In this document: positions 57,443-64,000 of the stretch, one piece after another
Layout of the letters: every line of letters begins with the position of its first letter
Numbering within the stretch: the first letter of the stretch is position 1
Source of the DNA: Candidatus Fermentibacterota bacterium
GTDB lineage: Bacteria; Fermentibacterota; Fermentibacteria; Fermentibacterales; JCC-6
Direction of reading: 5' to 3'
Assembly: GCA_963845085.1 (NCBI GenBank)
Contig: CAWJQI010000001.1
Location: 256,001 to 320,000, forward strand
Length of the DNA stretch: 64,000 nt
The notes under the pieces: generated by a model
What the model was told of the DNA's origin: nothing
Database searches by the model: none
What the model saw: only the letters and a program-made list of their open reading frames with translations
Made by a program: the position numbers and the translations under genes

Positions 57443-57470
57443 TTGACAATCCTAAAGCTGACCTTATGTT
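57443..57470 (+). promoter_or_regulatory. Sigma70 promoter
   Basis: TTGACA-16nt-TATGTT. Confidence 0.5.
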
Positions 57471-57494
57471 TTCTTAAAGAATGGAGGTGCAAAA

Positions 57495-57842
57495 ATGGAT
57501 ATTGGTGAGATCAGATGCCCATCCTGCAGAAAACTGATGACCCCGGTCAAGCTCACCTGTCCCGAGTGCGAGATCTCGATCGAGGGTTCCTTCAGCTCAT
57601 CCCCCCTGGCACAGCTCCACCCCGAGGATCAGGCGATTGCAATGGCCTTCATCCGAAGCTACGGGTCGATCAAGCAGCTGCAGGACACACTGGGCGTGAG
57701 CTATCCGACCGCAAGGGCACGGCTGGACAGGCTCGTCGGCGCGCTGAACCGCACGATGGAAATGGATGTCAACCCCGATCAAACCCTGAACAGGCTGGCC
57801 AAAGGTGAGATATCCTTTGAAGAGGCCATGAGGTCGCTCTGA
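57495..57842 (+). CDS. DUF2089 family protein (zinc ribbon plus HTH)
   Basis: CPSC, CPEC..IEG, GVSYPTARARLD and GEIS. Confidence 0.88.
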   Translation: MDIGEIRCPSCRKLMTPVKLTCPECEISIEGSFSSSPLAQLHPEDQAIAMAFIRSYGSIKQLQDTLGVSYPTARARLDRLVGALNRTMEMDVNPDQTLNRLAKGEISFEEAMRSL

Positions 57843-58108
57843 TGCCCGCGCTGCTGCTGGTGCTGAGGTTTGGCAGGATGCCCTTTCCCCTGCCGCTTCC
57901 CTGGTTTCCCGTATGGCTTGTTCTGCTTCCGCTGGCCATCCTCGGTCAATTCGTCGGATCGGTTTCCGCCGTCCTGGCCCGGAAGCGGAGCGACACCCTG
58001 GTGCTGCTTTCCGCATCGATGGCTGCCTGGAGCCTCATCACGAGGCTTCATGGGCTTGAGATCACGGTCCGGTCGGAAAAAGAGAATCTGCAGTTCATGT
58101 TCATCTAG
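57842..58108 (+). CDS. Small membrane protein
   Basis: Translationally coupled to the DUF2089 gene; hydrophobic LPLPWF..LLPL. Confidence 0.6.
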   Translation: MPALLLVLRFGRMPFPLPLPWFPVWLVLLPLAILGQFVGSVSAVLARKRSDTLVLLSASMAAWSLITRLHGLEITVRSEKENLQFMFI

Positions 58109-58129
58109 CGGAGATGTGGAGGTAGAGAA

Positions 58130-58549
58130 ATGAACGAAGCGAGAATGAAGATCCTTGAAATGCTCAGCAAGGGCAAGATCACAGTTGAAGAGGCTTCTGC
58201 ACTTCTTGAAAAGGTTATAGTAAGGGAGCAGGTTCCGGAGACGGATGCGGCCCCCGAGGAAGCGGGCGGGGCGCCCGCCAAAAAGGGAGTGCCGAAGTAC
58301 CTCAGGGTCATGGTGGACAGCTCCGACGGCGACAAGGTCAACATCAGGGTTCCCATGAGCCTGATCCGTACCGGGCTGAAACTCAGTTCGCTGATGCCCG
58401 CCGATGCGGCATCGGCGGTTCAGGAGCATGGCATCGACCTCTCCGCCCTCAAGAACCTCGAAGGCGAAGAGCTTGTCGATGCTCTCAGGGAGTTGACCGT
58501 CGACGTCGACAGCGCAGACGGCGACAAGGTGAGGATTTTCACAGAATAG
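58130..58549 (+). CDS. SHOCT-like domain protein
   Basis: RMKILEMLSKGKITVEEA, KVNIRVP and DGDKVRIF; a usual DUF2089 partner. Confidence 0.82.
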   Translation: MNEARMKILEMLSKGKITVEEASALLEKVIVREQVPETDAAPEEAGGAPAKKGVPKYLRVMVDSSDGDKVNIRVPMSLIRTGLKLSSLMPADAASAVQEHGIDLSALKNLEGEELVDALRELTVDVDSADGDKVRIFTE

Positions 58550-58561
58550 AACGGGGTTTGA

Positions 58562-59551
58562 ATGAAAATTGCCCTTGCCGGCTCACCATCATGCGGCCGC
58601 TCCACACTGTTCCGAGCCATGGCGGGCTCGTCCAGGGCGGATACCGCAAAACCTCTGACGGTCAGGGTGCCCGACCCGAGGATTGATTTCCTCGTCGAAC
58701 ACTGGCATCCGAAAAGCGTGGTCCACGCCACGGTATCATTCACCGACCTGCCCTCCCCCGCCTTCGGAACCAGAAGCATGGCCCTGCTTCGCGAAGCGTC
58801 AGCCGTTGCGCTTGTTCTCGACAATTATGCCCTGGGAAACCTCGAGGAGAGTTTCAGGAACGCCGAGGCCGAGATGATGCTCGGTGATTTCGCCATCCTC
58901 GAGAAACGGAGGGACAGGCTCAGGAAGGAGAGCAAGGCCGGTTGCCAGGAATTCGCGCTCGTCGACCGCGCTCTCTCCGCCCTCGACTCTGAACTCCCGC
59001 TCCGAAAAGCCGGCTTCACCGCCCACGAGCAGGAGGTCTTCTCCGCCTACGCTCCCGTCTCGATGAAACCCCTCATGGTGATTTCGAACCGCTCGGGTGA
59101 CGGAGTCTCGGACGAATCGGCAGTGAAGGCGGCTGCAGAGGCCGCCGGTGCAGCCTTCCTCACGATAGATGCCGGCCTTGAGCTCGAACTCTGCGAGCTT
59201 CCGGAGGAGGAACGGTTCGAGTACCGAAGCAGCATGGGCTACAGCGAATCGGGGCTTTCACTGATCATCAGGTCGGCCAGTTCGCTGCTCGACCTTGTAA
59301 ACTTTCTGACCATGGGTCCCGACGAGGTGAGGGCATGGCCCATTCCGGCAGGCAGCACCGCGCTCGCCGCGGCTGCCACCATACACTCCGACCTTGCCAG
59401 GGGCTTCATCAGGGCCCAGGTAATCCCCTTCAATGTGTTCAGGGAAACCCCGGACGAGGCTCTCCTCAAGAAAAAGGGCGCCGTGGGGCTTGAGGGAAAG
59501 GATTACATCGTGAAGGACGGCGACATCATCGAGATCAGGTTCTCGGTATAG
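58562..59551 (+). CDS. ychF: YchF-like protein with DUF933/TGS C-terminus and a degenerate P-loop
   Basis: VPDPRID, EVRAW, IHSDLARGFIRA and EGKDYIVKDGD. Confidence 0.82.
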   Translation: MKIALAGSPSCGRSTLFRAMAGSSRADTAKPLTVRVPDPRIDFLVEHWHPKSVVHATVSFTDLPSPAFGTRSMALLREASAVALVLDNYALGNLEESFRNAEAEMMLGDFAILEKRRDRLRKESKAGCQEFALVDRALSALDSELPLRKAGFTAHEQEVFSAYAPVSMKPLMVISNRSGDGVSDESAVKAAAEAAGAAFLTIDAGLELELCELPEEERFEYRSSMGYSESGLSLIIRSASSLLDLVNFLTMGPDEVRAWPIPAGSTALAAAATIHSDLARGFIRAQVIPFNVFRETPDEALLKKKGAVGLEGKDYIVKDGDIIEIRFSV

Positions 59552-60371
59552 AACGCGCCATCCCGTTGACAATGCTGGCCACCTCGGCGGCCGCGAGGAA
59601 GATCACGCACAGCCAGTAGACCCAGAGCAGCGTGGCCATGACCCCGATAAACGAACCGTACACGAATCCCCAGCTCGGGCGGGAGATCGACCACATGTAA
59701 AGGCTCGTCCCGGCGGTTGTGAGTACGGTCGCAGCGAGGGACGTCGGTACTGCGAGCTTGAGCGGGATTCTCCTGTTGGGTCCGGCCCAGTACAGCAGGA
59801 AAAAAACAAGGAATGCAAAGGTGAAGCTGAGCACCCTTCCCAGGAACCCGCTCAGGGCAGGACCCACAAGCGGAGTGCCCGCGATCACCCTGCCGGCTTC
59901 GGACTCGACCGCAACCCTCGCGCCCACGGTGGAAAGCACTGCGAGCATGAAGCAGAGTGCGACAAGGATGGCCAGGACAAAGTCGAAGAGCTTGCCCAGG
60001 ACCATGTGCCGTCCGGGTGCGTCAAAAATCCTGTCCAGTGCGGTCCGTATTGTTCCGAACAGCCTGCTCACCATCCACAGCAGCGTGAAGAACCCGATGA
60101 AGCCGACTGCGGCTGACTGATCCAGCACGGCGTGCTGAAGATCCAGGATCACGCTCTCCGCGACAAAAGGTTTCAGCTCGGACAGCCAGCCCAGGAAACC
60201 CTCCCGAAGCGTTGAATCCCCCATGGCGACATCGCTGCTGAGCGCGAAGATCAGGACTGCGAGGGGTATGGCCGTGACGAGGATGTTGAAGGCAACCGCT
60301 GCGGCACTGAAGTATATGCCGTGTTTGTCCCAGCTGTTGTAGAGTGTGCGCAGGAACCTTCGGGCAGCCAC
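59535..60371 (-). CDS. YihY/virulence factor BrkB family membrane protein
   Basis: SAAAVAF, LYWAGPN and VYGSF..LLWVY; start uncertain. Confidence 0.85.
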   Translation of the reverse strand: MAARRFLRTLYNSWDKHGIYFSAAAVAFNILVTAIPLAVLIFALSSDVAMGDSTLREGFLGWLSELKPFVAESVILDLQHAVLDQSAAVGFIGFFTLLWMVSRLFGTIRTALDRIFDAPGRHMVLGKLFDFVLAILVALCFMLAVLSTVGARVAVESEAGRVIAGTPLVGPALSGFLGRVLSFTFAFLVFFLLYWAGPNRRIPLKLAVPTSLAATVLTTAGTSLYMWSISRPSWGFVYGSFIGVMATLLWVYWLCVIFLAAAEVASIVNGMARSIPRT

Positions 60372-60399
60372 AGAAAAGCCTCTGAGGGAGTGTGAAAGC

Positions 60400-62235
60400 C
60401 TACTCCACCGTGACGCTTTTCGCAAGATTCCTCGGTTTGTCCACATCACATCCCCTTGCCACCGCAACGTAGTACGCCAGAAGCTGGAGGGGGATCACCG
60501 TAAGAAGCGGCGTGAGCTGATCGGCAACGGCCGGAACCTCGATGACCCACTGGGCGTGATTGCGGATGTCGGTGTCACCCTCGGTGGCGACAGCCAGTAT
60601 CCTGCCCTTCCTGGCCTTCACTTCCTGGATGTTGCTCATGATCTTGTCGTAGGCGGCATCACGGACCGCAATGACGGCGACCGGCATGAGGTCGTCGATA
60701 AGTGCTATGGGGCCGTGCTTCATCTCCGCTGCGGGGTACCCCTCGGCATGGATGTAGCTGATCTCCTTGAGCTTGAGGGCCCCCTCGAGCGCGACGGGGT
60801 AGTTGACACCCCTGCCCAGGTAGAGGAAGTTGGATGCGTATGTGAACTCCCTCGCAAGGCTCTTGATCTCATCCGCCCTGCCGAGGATCGTCTCGACCTT
60901 GCCCGGCACTTCCCTGATGCTGTTGGCGAGAAGAAGCCCCTCGGAAAGACTGATGCAGCCCCTGGCCCTTCCAAGCGCCAGACCAATGAGGGACAGGATC
61001 ATCACCTGGCTGGTGAACGCCTTCGTCGAGGCCACACCGATCTCGGGTCCGGCATGAATGTAGACCCCGGCATCGGTCTCACGGGCAATGGTCGAGCCCA
61101 CGACGTTCACGATCCCGTAGCATGCGGCGCCCTTTTCACGGGCGAGCTTGAGGGCGGCCAGTGTATCGGCGGTCTCACCGCTCTGGCTTATGACGAGCAC
61201 CATCGTGCCTTCGCCGATAACCGGATCCCGGTAGCGGAATTCGCTTGCGTATTCAACGTCGACGGGGATGCGCGCCATTGATTCGAGGACGTATTTGCCT
61301 ATGAGGGCGGCGTGCCAGGAAGTGCCGCAGGCGGTGATGATGATCCGCCTGATCGCCATCATGTCTTCCGGGGTCATGTTCAGCCCGCCCAGGTGCGCGG
61401 TGCCCTCGGCCATGTCCAGCCTTCCCCTGAAGGCGTTGCGAAGGGATTCAGGCTGGGAGTGGATCTCTTTCAGCATGTAGTGCTGGAAACCGTCCTTCTC
61501 GATCTCGGAAAGGTCCCAGTCAACGTGGGTCATGCGGTCCCTTATCATCCTGGGGTCGCTTCCGTGGCTCTGGACACCCCTCGTGGTTATCTCGACCAGC
61601 TCACCTTCCTCGAGGTACACCACATCCCTGGTGTGTGCCACTATTGCGGCAACATCGCTTGCCACGATGTTCTCGCCGTCGCCGATCCCCACCACCAGGG
61701 GGCTTCCATACCGTGCTGCGACAAGCGTCGAAGGCTGGTCGGCAGAAACCACGGCAATGCCGTAAGCGCCCCTGACAACGGTCAGGGCCTTCTTGACCGC
61801 CGAAAGCAGGTCACCGGTGGCTTTCATCTCCCTGCCGATGAGTTTTGTCAGCACCTCGGTGTCGGTCTCCGACTCGAACACTTCGCCCAAAGCTTCAAGC
61901 CTGTCCTTGAGGGATTTGTAGTTCTCTATGATGCCGTTGTGGACAAGGGCCACCCTGCCCGAGGAATCGGTATGGGGGTGAGCGTTCTCGGTCGAAGGCT
62001 CTCCGTGGGTGGCCCACCTGGTGTGGGCTATTCCGGCAGTGGCGGCCCTTCCCGGGCCGGGATCGAGCGCCATCAGGTCGGAAACCCTGCCCACGCACTT
62101 CCTGATCACGAGTGAATCGTTGTACTGCAGGGCGTACCCGGCGGAATCGTACCCCCTGTACTCAAGGCGTTTCAGACCGCTTATAAGGATGTCAAGCGCG
62201 GGTCTTGCACCCACATATCCGACTATTCCGCACAT
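60400..62235 (-). CDS. glmS: Glutamine--fructose-6-phosphate transaminase
   Basis: MCGIVG, LEYRGYDSAG, HTRWATHG, GVASTKAF and KPRNLAKSVTVE. Confidence 0.97.
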   Translation of the reverse strand: MCGIVGYVGARPALDILISGLKRLEYRGYDSAGYALQYNDSLVIRKCVGRVSDLMALDPGPGRAATAGIAHTRWATHGEPSTENAHPHTDSSGRVALVHNGIIENYKSLKDRLEALGEVFESETDTEVLTKLIGREMKATGDLLSAVKKALTVVRGAYGIAVVSADQPSTLVAARYGSPLVVGIGDGENIVASDVAAIVAHTRDVVYLEEGELVEITTRGVQSHGSDPRMIRDRMTHVDWDLSEIEKDGFQHYMLKEIHSQPESLRNAFRGRLDMAEGTAHLGGLNMTPEDMMAIRRIIITACGTSWHAALIGKYVLESMARIPVDVEYASEFRYRDPVIGEGTMVLVISQSGETADTLAALKLAREKGAACYGIVNVVGSTIARETDAGVYIHAGPEIGVASTKAFTSQVMILSLIGLALGRARGCISLSEGLLLANSIREVPGKVETILGRADEIKSLAREFTYASNFLYLGRGVNYPVALEGALKLKEISYIHAEGYPAAEMKHGPIALIDDLMPVAVIAVRDAAYDKIMSNIQEVKARKGRILAVATEGDTDIRNHAQWVIEVPAVADQLTPLLTVIPLQLLAYYVAVARGCDVDKPRNLAKSVTVE

Positions 62236-63569
62236 GAGAGCACCTTTCGAAAGATCCCGAAGCAGGCTTCAAGCGGCCCGGGGGATTCGCTTTCGCCGAT
62301 GAAGCGCACCACCGGCTCGGTTCCGCTTGGTCTGATGTGAAACCACCCCCAGTCCGTACGATACCAGAATCCGTCGCGTGAATCGGTCGGCGGGCCGAAC
62401 CCGCGCGTGAGGGCTTCCCCGAGGCGTCCGAACGCGCCCTGGAAGGGGACCTTCCTCTTTACCATGACGAAACGTGGCAACCCCCCCGCCCATCGTGAAA
62501 GCGACATGCCGGGATCATCCCGGAGGAACGACACCACCATGGCCATGGCCACTGCGCTGTCCCTTCCAGGATGGCAGAGCGGGTAGATCACGCCGCCGTT
62601 GCCTTCGCCGCCCAGCGGGGAACCAAGCCTTTCCATCTCCTCCACAACGTTGACCTCACCAACCGGGCTTCGGAATACGGGGCAGCCATGCCGGGTCGCA
62701 ACCACCTCGGAGAGCATTGAAGTGGACAGGTTTATCACAACCGGCCCGGGCGTGTGGCGCAGAATGTGGTCAAAAGCCAATGCCAGGGTGTACTCCTCAC
62801 CGATCAGAAGGCCGCCGTCGGCGACAAGGGCCAGCCTGTCACCGTCAGGGTCGAAACCGAAGCCAACGTCGGCGCCGCTCTCCCTCACGGCTTCCGCAAG
62901 CCCGGAAAGGCTTTCCACCGTTGGTTCGGCGACCCGCGGAAACTCGCCCTCCGCCGTCATGGAGGGGTTGATCATGGTCCACTCCACGCCGAGGGCATCC
63001 ATCAGGGCGGGGCCAAGGGTGGCGGCCGTTCCTCCAGTGACGTCGAGAACGACCCGGAGGGGTCTGCCCGACTTCCTTACGACCGGGAGGGACATGACCA
63101 GTTCAACATGTCTTGCCACCGAGCCGGCGAGCCTTTCGGGAAGGCCGCATGTATCGAACCCGCTGTATCTGCGCGGTTTCTCAAGGAGGGAGAGAAGCCT
63201 CTCCCTCATTTCAGCCCTCAGGAACACGCCGTCAGGACCAACAAGCTTGAGGGCGTTCCAGCATCCAGGGTTGTGGCTGCTCGTGACGGCGATCCCGCCC
63301 GCTGCCGAATCGTTCATGGCTTCAAGCTGGACCGTCGGGGTCGGCACGACCCCGAGAAGGACCGGGGAACACCCGACGGCCATGAGACCTGCGCAGACCG
63401 CTGCTTCAACGGCCTCTCCGCTGCGCCTGGTATCCCGTCCCACTACGACGCGCCCCGGACCGACGAGTTCACCGAATGCTGCGGCGAAACTCATCGCATC
63501 GAATACGGTGAAACTGCCGCCGAATACGCCGCGGATCCCGGAACCGCTCACAATAGGTTTTTCACCCAT
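62223..63569 (-). CDS. glmM: Phosphoglucosamine mutase / phosphohexomutase
   Basis: SGIRG, TSSHNP, FDPDGDR, GGEGNGG and RPSGTEP; upstream of glmS. Confidence 0.85.
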   Translation of the reverse strand: MGEKPIVSGSGIRGVFGGSFTVFDAMSFAAAFGELVGPGRVVVGRDTRRSGEAVEAAVCAGLMAVGCSPVLLGVVPTPTVQLEAMNDSAAGGIAVTSSHNPGCWNALKLVGPDGVFLRAEMRERLLSLLEKPRRYSGFDTCGLPERLAGSVARHVELVMSLPVVRKSGRPLRVVLDVTGGTAATLGPALMDALGVEWTMINPSMTAEGEFPRVAEPTVESLSGLAEAVRESGADVGFGFDPDGDRLALVADGGLLIGEEYTLALAFDHILRHTPGPVVINLSTSMLSEVVATRHGCPVFRSPVGEVNVVEEMERLGSPLGGEGNGGVIYPLCHPGRDSAVAMAMVVSFLRDDPGMSLSRWAGGLPRFVMVKRKVPFQGAFGRLGEALTRGFGPPTDSRDGFWYRTDWGWFHIRPSGTEPVVRFIGESESPGPLEACFGIFRKVLSCAE

Positions 63570-63591
63570 CGAAGTCCTTTTCAAAAAGGAA

Positions 63592-63667
63592 TGGAGCCGG
63601 CGAACGGAGTCGAACCGTTGACCTGCGCATTACGAGTGCGCTGCTCTGCCAACTGAGCTACGCCGGC
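63592..63667 (-). tRNA. tRNA-Thr(CGT)
   Basis: GCCGGCGTAGCTCAGTTGGCAGAGCAGCGCACTCGTAATGCGCAGGTCAACGGTTCGACTCCGTTCGCCGGCTCCA; 76-nt cloverleaf with CCA end. Confidence 0.97.
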
Positions 63668-63683
63668 CCCGGAAGGGTTCGTA

Positions 63684-63712
63684 ATTCTAAGGCGGGAAAA
63701 CCGGCAGGTCAA
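63684..63712 (-). promoter_or_regulatory. Sigma70 promoter of tRNA-Thr-glmM-glmS
   Basis: TTGACC-17nt-TAGAAT. Confidence 0.7.
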
Positions 63713-63999
63713 CGCCAGACCGAATTTCCGCCTCCGGCCAGCGAAACCGACAACCCGAGGAAGTACCCCTTGAATCCAAGGTCCGTCTCCGCGGCGGGAT
63801 AAATGTAGCTGGGTTCGCCGTCGATGGTTACCTCGTCGGTTTTCATGTCCATCCAGACCGAGCGGTACTGCATCCTTCCAGAAAGCGGGCCCCAGAGCAG
63901 CACTTCCGCGCCGCACGTAAAGCCGTATCCCACACTGCCGCCCGATGCCTCGACATGGCTCCCGAAGTCATCCGTTCCCGCGTATTCGCCCGTGCACCC
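63709..63999 (-). CDS. 3' end of a probable outer-membrane beta-barrel protein (partial)
   Basis: Open frame to the right edge with amphipathic strands (GYGFTCGAEV, GYFLGLSVSL). Confidence 0.55.
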   Translation of the reverse strand, partial: GCTGEYAGTDDFGSHVEASGGSVGYGFTCGAEVLLWGPLSGRMQYRSVWMDMKTDEVTIDGEPSYIYPAAETDLGFKGYFLGLSVSLAGGGNSVWR

Positions 64000-64000
64000 G

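Noticed and set aside
62236..62420. glmS ribozyme
   Set aside because: glmS overlaps glmM, so there is no UTR, and no ribozyme consensus was seen.
63560..63667. Island integrated at tRNA-Thr
   Set aside because: No integrase or duplicated tRNA 3' end; housekeeping genes follow directly.
1..64000. CRISPR arrays, IS elements, prophage or defence systems
   Set aside because: No spaced repeats and no transposase, phage, reverse transcriptase or nuclease-like ORFs were recognised.

Overview
This is a gene-dense, GC-rich (about 62-65% by eye) core chromosomal segment of a diderm anaerobic bacterium. It is most likely from the FCB superphylum, resembling Fermentibacterota (inferred from the LpxC-FabZ fusion, FlgD/T9SS-like tails, a C25 peptidase and a C-terminal TWxxIK motif). 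Main content: (1) a long minus-strand envelope operon, prfB (+1 frameshift)-lysS-lolC/E-lolD-clpC-bamA-skp-lpxD-lpxC/fabZ-lpxA-DUF5683-ECF sigma-anti-sigma; (2) a PTS EIIA protein, a twice-frameshifted glyA and a CoA-disulfide reductase fusion; (3) an AEC transporter whose 3' end is duplicated around a single inserted beta-helix gene; (4) an operon of a methyltransferase, three 2-hydroxyacyl-CoA dehydratase/double-cubane proteins and an ATP-dependent activator, led by a highly structured riboswitch-like 5' UTR; (5) a stand-alone rpsD with a pseudoknot-like leader; (6) C25, S41 and M23 peptidases, a sigma-70 factor, gmhA, coaD and rsmD; (7) an atypical type IV pilus operon next to a zinc-ribbon/RomX-like gene; (8) glgC, a degenerate ychF, glmS, glmM and tRNA-Thr. 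No transposase, integrase, CRISPR array or rRNA was seen. The best novelty candidates are the riboswitch-led methyltransferase/double-cubane operon, the integrase-less cassette and the pilus/polarity module. All calls come from reading the sequence; no searches were run.
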